From Longimicrobiales bacterium (GTDB lineage Bacteria > Gemmatimonadota > Gemmatimonadetes > Longimicrobiales > Gaopeijiaceae): a stretch of DNA of 64,000 nucleotides. Position numbers and translations under genes: made by a program. The stretch lies in NCBI GenBank assembly GCA_965226375.1, contig CBDDCX010000006.1:288001-352000 (forward strand). Direction: 5' to 3'. Shown here piece after piece: positions 10,201 to 19,484 of this stretch. Under the pieces are notes generated by a model. That model saw nothing but the letters and a program-made list of their open reading frames with translations. It was not told where the DNA came from and did no database searches. Position 1 is the first letter of the stretch. Each line of letters begins with the position of its first letter.

Positions 10201-11722
10201 GGTGCTGACGGTGACCGGGGAGCTACCCCTCGATCTCGCTTTCCACACGGTTCCGGATCGGATCCCGGACGAGCCCATCGATCTCGTGGTCGTCTCCCGA
10301 CAGCTACCGCTCTCCCTGCTCATGGCGCCCTTCGAGAGCTACCAGGAAGTGACGGGCGCCCTGTCCGGACGCGTGGAGCTGGGAGGCACGACCGAGAGTC
10401 TGGCCCCCAGCGGCCAGCTTACGGTGTCCGAAGGAGGCGTCTTTCTGCGGGGCCTCGGCGTCCGCCACCAGGACATGAACGGCACCCTCGACTGGTTCCC
10501 TGACGGTCGGGTGGCGGTGGACGGCAGCGTGCGGGCACTGGGAACCGCGACCGTTCAGGGTACGGTGCTTCTAGCGCCGGCGTCCGACCCGGGCTTCGAC
10601 CTGGCGGTGAGTCTCGATGGCTTCCAGGGAATGGATCGCCAAGACGTCACGGGCCGTTTGAGCGGAGACTTCCGGCTCGAGGGATCGTACCGCCGCCCCG
10701 TGATCTCCGGCAATCTCCTGGTAGACGAGGGAACGCTATTCGTGGAGGAGTTCCAAAGGGCTGCCCAGATCGTGGATCTGTCGGATCCCGCCTTCTACGA
10801 GGTGGTGGATACCACAGTGGTGGATCTCCGGCCGCTGCTGGCCGGTCAGAACCCTTTCCTACGGAACATCCGCATGGAGAACATGACTCTGTCCGTGCAG
10901 CGAAACAGCTGGATCCGGAGCGACCGTATGGACGTGGAGCTCGACGGCGAGCTCCAGGTGCTCTACGACCGCCTCACCCAGGACCTGGCCATGGTGGGAT
11001 CACTGGAGGCCGTGCGCGGGTCGTACACTGCTTTTGGCAGGCAATTCCAGGTGGATGGGGGCACGCTACGCTTTCTCGGGACACCCGGGATCAACCCGGA
11101 TCTGAACATCACAGCCAGCAATCGCGTCCGGTCGGCTCAGGGAGATCGCTTTACCATCACCGCTGCCGTTACAGGTACCTTGGTCTCGCCCCGGATCGGC
11201 CTCACGAGCGACCAAGCCGGCGTCACCGAGGACGACCTTCTCAGCTATCTCTATTTCGGCCGGCCCACATACGCCCTGACGACTGGTCAGGCTCGGGACC
11301 TGGGTGCAGCCGGTACCTTGTTGGGTTCGGGGGTGACGTTGGGTCTCAGCACATTCACCAATCGCCTCGGCTCGGCCGTGGCCCAGGAGCTGGGAGTAGA
11401 CTACCTGACCATCAGCCAAGAGGACCTGGGAGCCCTGGGCGACATCAGCTTGCGGGGCACGCTGGGGAACACCGTGGTCGAGACGGGCTTCTATGTCGCC
11501 GACGACTTCTTCGTGACTGTGCTCCTCAGGCCTCTCCTCAGTCAGGGTGCGGGCAGTCAGTTTGCGGGCATCCGCTTCGAATGGGTGGCGTCGAACGCCT
11601 ACACGATCGAGTCCTACTACGAGGATCGATTCTTCAGAGGGCGCGTGGTGGGCTTCGGGGAGTTGGGCATCCAAAACGAGAAGGGCTTCGGGTTGTTCAT
11701 CTTCCGGGAATGGGCCTACTAG
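7217..11722 (+). CDS. tamB: Translocation and assembly module TamB-like protein
   Basis: 1501 aa, N-terminal anchor, beta-rich; C-terminal DUF490-like GSY..FGRQF...GTLRF.G.PGINPDLNITA; directly follows an Omp85 gene. Confidence 0.88.
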   Translation: MGRAKKSVRLGAIIGLALGAGAMSAFFLLTRTTVGQAFVLEAALSRVERVVNGEILVSGIRSTGLHRGARLVGVQVNAPDGSPLLLADSLEAEYSVGSMLRGDVLLSGVTLWRPRFTITRPRRGAPFNVSAFLSGRGDGSDGLEPDEGSTAEPPDGEEDQKNGRRLVLEDVTIHGGSLDVRYPIAEAPGPDSRIVTVPHPDGDGLMRSFSFDGIDAHLDRLAIVDPDVEGLRVDVGGLALEGEVFRDPVLVRDFGGRVEWLDDRIQVTAERLRLPGTEASGLATVDLIEGSAPELTLDFVASRLDLVDLQWLLPALPDAQGSAGIGVSLGPEGLRVRWSGARLAVEGGELGGAGVFNRPRGGEASLEGVSVDVTAIPVSFLAEYLPWAPPLEGKIHGYVGLSGGMNALAVTARIALLEPGLGPSGGEINGVLHLRQPMGATDLHARFTPVDLGLANRFADGLRLAGAMSLDVTADGRLDEGVRIALDATYPDPESEESHIAVEGSLTEVEGEVFVSLDGDLEPLSIAGLFGDESPLSRLGVARGTVRAEGALSAMVLSTELTTGGGELTLESHFDARSPLTSYRVLGEARGFDMPQVLPTLPEGTIFSGSLDLRGEGGDLRTAELTGDVQLTRSRFARLDVDTASIQLRISGGVLTVDTLQSVVGGVTVEGAGRLATTGTGSGDELRVRFETENMEGLRPLLLGRDVIARDTLSALELSILALEDIDPDTLPTLEEIFVSGRMDGELTIGGSLEELDVTGRARLEDGLYGGDRVGEAAVQFSAFSLFSPERDVEAQIDGDDIRILGRVFDSVSVRLEYQEPRGRVNLLVVRSEEESYQAALALEREDSVRTLHLDELVLRFADERWNLGGPATIAWDPAGLTVRDLRVIRPGVGGMRFRARGRLPFEGDADFDLSVQGLDVSRIARVLQLSERLEGVVDLELEVTGSDTEPIMSGTLSTADFRFRAYDFERLVGAWDYQDRIATGELELWRDTVQVLTVTGELPLDLAFHTVPDRIPDEPIDLVVVSRQLPLSLLMAPFESYQEVTGALSGRVELGGTTESLAPSGQLTVSEGGVFLRGLGVRHQDMNGTLDWFPDGRVAVDGSVRALGTATVQGTVLLAPASDPGFDLAVSLDGFQGMDRQDVTGRLSGDFRLEGSYRRPVISGNLLVDEGTLFVEEFQRAAQIVDLSDPAFYEVVDTTVVDLRPLLAGQNPFLRNIRMENMTLSVQRNSWIRSDRMDVELDGELQVLYDRLTQDLAMVGSLEAVRGSYTAFGRQFQVDGGTLRFLGTPGINPDLNITASNRVRSAQGDRFTITAAVTGTLVSPRIGLTSDQAGVTEDDLLSYLYFGRPTYALTTGQARDLGAAGTLLGSGVTLGLSTFTNRLGSAVAQELGVDYLTISQEDLGALGDISLRGTLGNTVVETGFYVADDFFVTVLLRPLLSQGAGSQFAGIRFEWVASNAYTIESYYEDRFFRGRVVGFGELGIQNEKGFGLFIFREWAY

Positions 11723-11737
11723 GCCCTGTCTTTGGAA

Positions 11738-12309
11738 ATGTCCGACGCGCCACTGTACCGAGAGATCCGCCCGCCCCCGGAGCTATCCGATGTGGTGGAA
11801 TGCTGTTGGATCCAGCGCGGCGACTTCACCCCGGCCACCCAACCGACGCTTGCCCGGGTCCTGCCGGACAGGTGCATGGACATCGTCGTCACCCTCGGGG
11901 ACTTCGTTCGCCCCGTCGAGGGCGAGGCGCACGAACATCGCGCCTTGCCCGCAGGACCGAAGCACCTGATCCCGACATCCTAGTGCTGGGTGCTTCCGAT
12001 CTCATCGATGGCTCGATGGGCACGGTGACCGTGGACGAGTTGCGCCGTGCGCTCTACGTCAGCGAGCGGACGTTGGAACGACGGTTCCGCAGCGAAGTCG
12101 GGGTCTCGCCAAAGCAAGCCGCCCGCATCGCTCGCTTTCAGGCCGCGACCCGGAAGCTCCTAGCAAGTCCACGGGTGTCTCTCGGCAGGGTCGCACACGA
12201 GTGCGGCTACTATGACCAGGCGCACTTCAACCGGGAGTTTCGGACCTTGGCGGGCATATCTCCCGGGCAGTGGCGTGCGCAGACCCCAGGGGTAGAGGCG
12301 CCTGGTTAA
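11738..12309 (+). pseudogene. AraC-family regulator with internal deletion and frameshift
   Basis: N-terminus (YREIRPPPELSDVVECCW..VLPDRCMDIV) and HTH C-terminus (SERTLERRF..VGVSPK..CGYYDQAHFNREF) lie in different frames joined near 11945; combined ~190 aa is short for this family. Confidence 0.8.
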
Positions 12310-12396
12310 AAGTCACGTTGATTGTCGGATTCGTACAAGCGCGGGCACCGCGCCTTCCACTAGCTTCCCGCTATCACCAAAAACGGGAGGTGTGGC

Positions 12397-12882
12397 ATGC
12401 GGACAGTCCTGACGCTCTTGGTGGGTTCAACGTTGATGGTCGGACCCGAAGCGCACACGCTCGGAGAGACGGAAACGGGAGACGTAGCGATGGAGATGAC
12501 GAGTTTGACACCCGTGCTGTACGTGGAGGCGATCGAGCCGGTACTGGACTTTTGGAAACGCCTCGGTTTCGAAGTCACCGCAGAAGTCCCCGAAGGAGAT
12601 CGCCTCGGATTCGTGATCCTGCGGAGCGATCCGGTGGAGATCATGTACCAGACCCGGATCAGTGTGGAGAAGGATGTGCCTGATCTGGCCGACACTCCTA
12701 TGGGCGGCAGTCTGCTCTTCATCCAGGTGAGCGATCTCGATGCGGTGGTGGCCGCCTTGGAGGAGGCTGAAGTGATCGTTCCACGACGGACGACCTTCTA
12801 CGGGGCGGACGAGATCGCCGTACGCGAACCGGGCGGCAATTTGGTCACGTTCGCGCACTTCGCCGAGCGTGGAGAGGGCTGA
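12397..12882 (+). CDS. VOC/glyoxalase-family protein
   Basis: LTPVLYVE..FWKRLGF and TFYGADEIAVREPGGN motifs; GGGAGG RBS. Confidence 0.85.
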   Translation: MRTVLTLLVGSTLMVGPEAHTLGETETGDVAMEMTSLTPVLYVEAIEPVLDFWKRLGFEVTAEVPEGDRLGFVILRSDPVEIMYQTRISVEKDVPDLADTPMGGSLLFIQVSDLDAVVAALEEAEVIVPRRTTFYGADEIAVREPGGNLVTFAHFAERGEG

Positions 12883-12893
12883 GCTTTCGAGCC

Positions 12894-13019
12894 GGACAGT
12901 TGGCCATCGTGAATCCGTTGGCAGGCGTGCGCCGGCCCGGGCTGACCGGGCTATTTCGTACCCACCCGCCCACGGACGAACGGGTGGAGGCCTTGCGGGC
13001 TCTAGCCGCGGCGGTCTAA
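12894..13019 (+). pseudogene. htpX: C-terminal remnant of an HtpX-like M48 zinc protease
   Basis: Translates as GQLAIVNPLAGVRRPGLTGLFRTHPPTDERVEALRALAAAV*, the typical IVNP..LF.THPP..ER C-terminus; no N-terminal part upstream. Confidence 0.72.
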
Positions 13020-13216
13020 CGCCTCACCAGGGGATGGAGAGATAGAGCGGTATCGCACCCGTGGTCGCTCCAGCGACGAAGCCGAGACCGGCTCCTTCGG
13101 CGGATGCAGGGAGTGTACATCGTGGTGATTATAGCTGATGGGGCGCAGATCGAGAGCACACCATTGGACTTTGGTGGAACACTCGGACCCGATGATGATC
13201 GAGGCCATGCTCGGTT

Positions 13217-13699
13217 TCACCGGACCATCACACCCATCCTGACCACGGCCTGCTCCAGGTCACCGTCCAGCAGCTCGTAGCGACCCTCGAGAAACAAGCG
13301 AAGCGAGGCGACGGCCAGATCGACTCCAGCCCCGGCGAACCCACCGCTTTCGCTGACCGTGTCTATGGACACGGCGTCTGGGTCCTTCAGGTCCCGCCAC
13401 GTCATCCCGCCCGTCAGGTACGGCCGGACCAACAGTAGTGGAAGCCTGACGTTGACTCCGAGGGACAACCCCTTGAGGTCGCAGCCGTCACAGTCTGGAA
13501 AGAACCACGTGCCCTCCCCGAAGATGTCCACGGGGAGGATCGGAAGGTCGTAACCGAGCACCCCGCCCACCCCAACCGAACCGTCGAAGCTCGCGGCCCA
13601 GGCGCCGGTTACGCCTCCGAACAGCTGAGCACGAGCCGATACGGGTGCCACCAGTACCCCGATCAACACGATACACGAGGTCAAGCGCTGTGGCGTCAT
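13217..13699 (-). CDS. Small outer-membrane beta-barrel protein
   Basis: Signal peptide ending ARAQ, alternating beta strands, RPYLTGG, LFLEGRY. Confidence 0.75.
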   Translation of the reverse strand: MTPQRLTSCIVLIGVLVAPVSARAQLFGGVTGAWAASFDGSVGVGGVLGYDLPILPVDIFGEGTWFFPDCDGCDLKGLSLGVNVRLPLLLVRPYLTGGMTWRDLKDPDAVSIDTVSESGGFAGAGVDLAVASLRLFLEGRYELLDGDLEQAVVRMGVMVR

Positions 13700-14015
13700 G
13701 AGCTTACTCCGTCTGAGAGTCGGTAGGCCGTGTGCACGGCAGCTTGGTCCATCCCCCTCAAGGTAGCGCGAATCTACGTCGTCGATGGGGTCCGCCGGGC
13801 TGCCGTTCATCGCTGTTGCGCGTCAGGGTCCGGATGTGTTGAGTAATGAAAGGCTCATCGAGAGTTGACGACGGAAGGAAGCGATACCCAGCGAGGGTTC
13901 TGCTCGAGCTGGGGCCGTGTATGCGCCTGGCCCGCGCCCACAATCAAGAAGGCCGCGATCCCACAAGCTCAACTGGTCGGCTTGGTCGCTCGACGTGAGT
14001 CATCTGGTGGGAATC

Positions 14016-14423
14016 CTAGGCATTGTCCGGGGGAATCGTAACATCGGCCTCCATTGCCATGACCTTGAAGAGTTGCGCCTGGTCGAACGGCTTCTTGAGA
14101 CACGCACGGGCGCCGGCGGCGGCGACCCGGCGCTCGATCTCCGGCTCATCTCGTCCCGTCATGCAGATCACGGGTAGGTTCGGGGCCTCTTCCTTCAACC
14201 GCTCGAGAAATTCGATCCCTGATATCTCGGGAAGGTGGATGTCGAGCAGGAGGCACACCGCCGATTCCAGAACGGCCGACTCGAGATAGCTACGGGCGGA
14301 GGCGTAGCCGGCGGAGCGCAGCCCGACCGAGGTGAGCAACCTGCGCAACGCCCTGCGGACCGCATCGTCGTCGTCGACGATGTGCACGACTCGATCGGAG
14401 GTGGCGCCCGCCGTGTCCTTCAC
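14016..14423 (-). CDS. Single-domain FixJ-like response regulator (receiver only)
   Basis: VHIVDDDDAVRRAL, LLLDIHLP and LKKPF motifs; no output domain. Confidence 0.85.
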   Translation of the reverse strand: MKDTAGATSDRVVHIVDDDDAVRRALRRLLTSVGLRSAGYASARSYLESAVLESAVCLLLDIHLPEISGIEFLERLKEEAPNLPVICMTGRDEPEIERRVAAAGARACLKKPFDQAQLFKVMAMEADVTIPPDNA

Positions 14424-14550
14424 CAGGCTCGTACCTCGACTGGGGGATCGGTGTCCAGGATTTGTCTCTCCGTTGCTTGGCCACGGGACGGCGCACCCGA
14501 GGATGTCCGTGAGCGGTGTCTTAATTTTAGGGGGGGGCGTATGGCACGTA

Positions 14551-15617
14551 AGGGGGTATTCCCTTAAGTCCACCGACCCCAAGATATAGTGGTTACCGGG
14601 GCTCTGCGGGCCGTTTCCCACGTCCGGTGCCGAGGTAAAGGGCCGAAGCTGGCGTGGGAGCACACTGAACAGCCTGCTCAAGCAAGCGGTAGAACAACAG
14701 GCCGCGAGCCCGGGATGTGCGTCGGTTGAAGCGAAAGGTGAACTCGTCCAGATAGTAGGGGAGGTGTTCGCGGGCGATCCCTCCTTGGAGGGTTCCGAGG
14801 ACCCAGCGCTTGAGGAGAGACGCCACCCGATGTACGGCCGACATGAGCACGTGAGCGGGATCGCCGGAGGTCGAGAGGTTCGTGACCGTGTGGCGAAAGC
14901 CCAGTTTGGCGAGTCCCTGATAGCTTGGCCATCCGTCGGTATGCACCGTGCTTGCCGGTGCGATGCTATCCTTGACGAAGCCTCGCAGAACCGGAGCGGA
15001 GAGGTCGGGCACCCAACGCAGCCGTATTCTCCCGATCTTGCGTCCGTCGACCTCGGCGGCGATCGCGACGATGGCCTTCTTGATCGTCTCGCGGCCCCGC
15101 ACTCCAGCCTCCACGCCCCCGACATAGCTCTCGTCCACTTGCACAACGCCGCTCAGCTGGTCGCGATCCGGTCGGACCATGGCCCGGCGGAGCTTGTGGA
15201 GCCAGACCCACGCTGTCTTGTAGCTTCCCAGTCCGAGCACGCGCTGGAGCCCGAGAGCATTGGCTCCGTATTTCTGGCTCGTGAGCTCCCAGGCAGCGAG
15301 AAACCACAGACGCAGGGGCGAGCGCGTGCGGTGGAACACGGTTCCCGCCAGCACCGAGGTCTGCCTTCGACAGTGTGGGCAGACGAGACGCCCCCGCGAT
15401 GCTCGCCAGACCTCTCCCAACCCGCCACAGCCCACGCACACAAACCCTTCCGGCCAGCGCAGACCCTCCACGTACTCCAGGCATGCCGCATCGTCGGGGA
15501 AGAACTCGTCCAGCTCCAGCCGCGTACGGGGATAGTCCACGCCGCCACGGAGCTGAGAAGCCGGAACCGCCATGACCACAACATGTAGTGGGCGGTGGAC
15601 TTAAGGCAATACCCCAT
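14551..15617 (-). mobile_element. IS1595-family insertion sequence
   Basis: Inverted ends AGGGGGTATTCCCTTAAGTCCACCG and (reverse complement) ATGGGGTATTGCCTTAAGTCCACCG; flanking direct repeat TGGCACGTA at 14542-14550 and 15618-15626. Confidence 0.92.
14593..15579 (-). CDS. IS1595-family DDE transposase
   Basis: Zn ribbon (RWPEGFVCVGC..CPHC), VQVDESYVGG, VHTDGWPSY, YLDEFTFRFNRR. Confidence 0.93.
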   Translation of the reverse strand: MVMAVPASQLRGGVDYPRTRLELDEFFPDDAACLEYVEGLRWPEGFVCVGCGGLGEVWRASRGRLVCPHCRRQTSVLAGTVFHRTRSPLRLWFLAAWELTSQKYGANALGLQRVLGLGSYKTAWVWLHKLRRAMVRPDRDQLSGVVQVDESYVGGVEAGVRGRETIKKAIVAIAAEVDGRKIGRIRLRWVPDLSAPVLRGFVKDSIAPASTVHTDGWPSYQGLAKLGFRHTVTNLSTSGDPAHVLMSAVHRVASLLKRWVLGTLQGGIAREHLPYYLDEFTFRFNRRTSRARGLLFYRLLEQAVQCAPTPASALYLGTGRGKRPAEPR

Positions 15618-15805
15618 TGGCACGTATATAAGACCTTGGTCCCATATGGTTCGGCGGCGGTCTGCGACCGTCAGGGCACGACGCTGCGAAGGGGTGCGCG
15701 ACGGACGGAGATGGTGACGGTGTACCGGATGGGATCGATAAAACCGTCGTGCCCGGGGCGGTGCTACGTGATTCGGTTAGACCGCGCCTCGGTCCGAAGT
15801 CGGGG

Positions 15806-17480
15806 CTACGCGCCCGCGCCCGGGTCCGATGTCGGAGCTACGGGCAGGATGATCCGTAACGTGGCGCCTTCAAGGGAGTTGTTCTCCGCCAGCAACTGTC
15901 CATGATGAGCTTCGACAATACTTCGCTGATCGAGAGGCCCAATCCCAGGCCGTCCGGTTTCGTCGACACGAACGGGCCGAAGGCCTGTCCCTCGATGTCG
16001 TCCGGTAAGCCCGGTCCGTTGTCGGTCAGGCTGATTTCTATGCTGTCCGTCGTTGTCGAAGTCTTGATGCCGACCAACCGTGGACGTCGGCTCTCTTCCG
16101 AAACCGCCTCGAACGCGTTCACCATGACATTCAAAACGACCTGCATGAGCTGAATCGGATCTCCTGAAACGGCCGGCAGACTCTCCGCCAGATCCACGGT
16201 CACCGACACGTCGCGTGCGACGGCGTCGCTCTGGAGCATGTCCACCGTGCTCGTGACCAGGGCGTTCAGGTCTACCGGCTCGGTGCGTTGCTCTCCCTTG
16301 CGCAGGAGCGTCCGCATGTGGCGAATCACGGATCCAGCCCGCTGAGCGTCCTCGGCAATGTCCCCGAGTGCATCGTCGATCTCCCCCAGATCGGGCGATG
16401 GTGCCGCCAGGAATCTTTGGGCGGCCTGAGCGTTCACCACCAAGGCGGACAGAGGCTGATTCACCTCGTGCGCGATGGACGCGGCGAGCTCCCCCATGGT
16501 GGCCAATCTCGAGACGTGTGCCAGGGCCTCTCGGTGCCGGCGATCGGCCTCTTCCGCTTCGACCCGCTCGGAAACGTCGAGCACCAGGACGAAATATCCA
16601 GAGACAGCATCGTCGCTGTCGAACTGAGGGGTAAGAGATACTTCGACCGGCCGAGTTGGGCCGGTAGCGAAAGGAAAATCCATTTCGTAGTGCACAGGAG
16701 AACCGCTTAGCACCGTCCTGATTCCCGGCAGTAAGCGGGCGTAGAGGTCTTCCCCGACTACGTCCTGAACCGTTTTTCCGACGACCTGGGCCGGGTCCAC
16801 GGTGAGCCAGGTAGCGTAATTGTCGTTCACATACCGGTACCGCTGGTCTTTGTCGATAAAAGCGATCAACGCGGGCAATATGTTCGCCATCTGCCGGAGT
16901 AACAGCTCTCGCTCCCTCATGTCCGACTCGATCTGCCGACGCTCGGTCAGATCTCTTATGCTGGCGAGAACCACCGTTTGCCCGTCCCGGTCGATCTGGC
17001 TCAGGGTGATCTCTACGGGGAACTCCAATCCGTTTCGTCTCCGCGCCACGAGGTCGAGGTCAGCCTCCATGGACATGCGTGGGGGGTTCTTCCTGGACCT
17101 TTCTCTGTGGCTGGGATGGTACTCCGCCAGTCGCTCCGCAAGTTGGTCCGGTAAGAGGCGATCGACTTTGGAGGCCATCAGCTCCTCCTGGGAATAGCCA
17201 AAGAGATCGGAGGCCATTCGGTTGCTATTGATGATCTCACCGGTCTCGCCTACGAGCAGGAGTGCGTCGGGAGATTCTTGCAACACACGCCGGACTCGTT
17301 CTTCGGACGCTTCGAGGGCGGCCGTCAAAGCCTTCTCTTCCGTGACGTCCACCAGAAACCCTCTGAGTGTGGCGGCGACGCCATCCTCCCTCTGCACGGC
17401 CACGTAGTCCTTTATCCACACGACCTCTCCATCCGCGCGCACCATGCGGTATTCGAACTCGAAGTTGCTGTCCGACTTCG
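15806..17480 (-). pseudogene. FixL-like multi-PAS histidine kinase, N-terminally truncated, with a C-terminal frameshift
   Basis: PAS domains, MGELAASIAHEVNQPL H-box, QVVLNVMVNA, DNGPG, GLGLGL; restoring one base near 15925 gives the normal tail RSIVEAHHGQLLAENNSLEGATLRIILP; 5' end is fused to the permease. Confidence 0.85.
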
Positions 17481-18973
17481 GGACGTGTGGCCTGAAGGGC
17501 CGGCACGAGGCCGAATAGGACCGTAGTCGCGAGCGAGATGGCGAGCGCGGACAAAAGCAGCCGGCCGTCCAACCCGATGCCCAGCGAGTCGATGGTGACA
17601 CTCCCAGGAAGCTGGAAGTTGCCCAGGAGCTTGATCAGCATGTCCGCAAGGAAGACCCCAGCACCGGCGCCCACGAGCGAAAGAACCGTGCTCTCCGTGA
17701 GGAGCTGGCGCACCAGACGGCCTCGGCCGGCACCGATGGCCAAGCGCACCCCGATCTCTCGCTTTCGAGCCGATGCCCTGGCAAGCAACAGGTTGGCCAG
17801 GTTGGCGCAGGCCAAGAGCAGCGTGAATCCGGTGACCCCCATGAGGAGCCAGACGAATCCGCGCATCTGGGCCTCACTCCCGTTTGGGAGCAGATAACCC
17901 GGGAGCGCGTCCACCGTGACGGAGCGTGGCCCGCGAGCGTCAGGGTCCTCCTCGGCGAGCTGATCCGACACGGCCAGGAGCTCCGCCCGCGCCTGCTCCA
18001 CGGTACTCTCTGGGTTGAGACGAGCGAGGAGCATGTCCATCCAACGGCTGCCGCGTCTCTCCCAGATGGTCTCCTGGGATATGGTCCCGACACCAAGCAA
18101 TGCACCGCTCTGCAGTGGAATCCAGATCTCCGGTTCCGCATCGAGCCGCATACCCTTGAAGCCTGGACGGGCGACTCCCACGACCTCGAAGGCCGCACTG
18201 TTGAGCCGAATCGTTTGTCCGACGATTTCAGGGTCGGAGAGGAAGTGATCCTTCCAGTAGTCGTGGCGGAGGACGGCCACCGCTGCACCGGCCCGGAGGA
18301 CATCATCCTGGGGCTGAAGCAGCCGACCGGACGCGGGCGTAACGCCCAGAAGCTCGAAGTAGTTGCCAGTTACCGCTTGCAGGGTGACGAAGACGGCTCC
18401 ACCGCTGTCGTCGCCCAGGCTCGCGGGCAGAAAGCTGGTCGCGGCCATATCGGCGAAGTGGGTCGAACGGTCCCGGTAATCCAGATAGTCCGGATACGAC
18501 GATGAGCTTCTCGGAAAGCCCCGACGGCTGGTGGTGAAGACCGCCGCCAACTGGTCGGGCTCGTGCACGGGCGGGGCCCGAAAGAGCGTGGCGTGAACGA
18601 GGCTGAAGATGGCCGTGTTGGCACCGATCCCCAAAGCGAGCGTTATCAGTGCCACCACGGTGAAGCCGGGCTTGGCCAGTAGTGTTCGAACGGTGTAGCG
18701 CAGGTCCTGCATAAGCGAAGACAACATTTCCCAACCCCTCCTCTTCGATTCCCTTGTCTTGGCCCAGCCGCGGACCTCTGCCTCGATCCTACCGACGTCG
18801 CCGAACGCATCGAGCGACGCCTTCCATGCTTCACCCGGTTCCATCCCCTCATCGACGAATTCTCTCGCTCGCTCTTCGAGGTAGAACCGAATCTCGTCGC
18901 GGACTTCGGCGTCGAGGCGCTCCAGGAGCCGGTTCATGCTGAGATCGGAGCGGAATTCCTTACGCTTGCTCAT
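17480..18973 (-). pseudogene. ADOP/MacB-FtsX-type ABC permease, C-terminal half missing
   Basis: QDLRYTVRTL..PGFTVVALITLALGIGANTAIFS and LLLACANLANLLLARA..R.REIGVRLAIGA; family-like sequence stops after ALQATRP. Confidence 0.85.
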
Positions 18974-19017
18974 CGATCAGCTTCTCGACGCGTGACGGTT
19001 ATCGAGGGCGTCGGTCA

Positions 19018-19347
19018 CTAGCGACTCCCAGCCAGGATGGCCGTGACTGCCCCCGAGTACTCGTTCCAGCGGGCCGTCTCCGCTTTGAGATGGCCGCGCC
19101 CTTCCTTCGTGAGCTCGTAGAACTTGGCTCGACGGCCTGTGTCGGTGCGTCCCCATTTGGCGTCCAGCAGTCCGCGTGCCTGCAGCCGGTGGAGAGCCGG
19201 GTAGAGCGCGCCTTCCTCGACGCTCAGCACGCCCTGGCTATCCTCCCGGATCACTCGGCCGATGGCGTAGCCGTGCATGGGGTCGTCCCTCAGGGTCTTC
19301 AGTACCAGCATGTCGAGGGTTCCGGTGAACAGATCGCTACCGCTCAT
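19018..19347 (-). CDS. PadR-family transcriptional regulator
   Basis: GTLDMLVLK..HGYAI..EEGALYPALHRL..RRAKFYELT; usual position upstream of ADOP permeases. Confidence 0.93.
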   Translation of the reverse strand: MSGSDLFTGTLDMLVLKTLRDDPMHGYAIGRVIREDSQGVLSVEEGALYPALHRLQARGLLDAKWGRTDTGRRAKFYELTKEGRGHLKAETARWNEYSGAVTAILAGSR

Positions 19348-19484
19348 GTCGTCACTCCGTGGTCCGCATGCCTTCGTGGCTTATGCCTCTGCCACTTAGG
19401 TATCATATATCAACATACCTAAGCGAGCAAGGTGTTGGACAGACCGGTTTTCGAAGGCTGGCCCGAAGGGCCTCCGGAGGACCT

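Noticed and set aside
14424..15146. 376-aa ORF suggesting a transposase-response regulator fusion
   Set aside because: The upstream part is an alternative frame of the IS1595 transposase with no protein-like motifs
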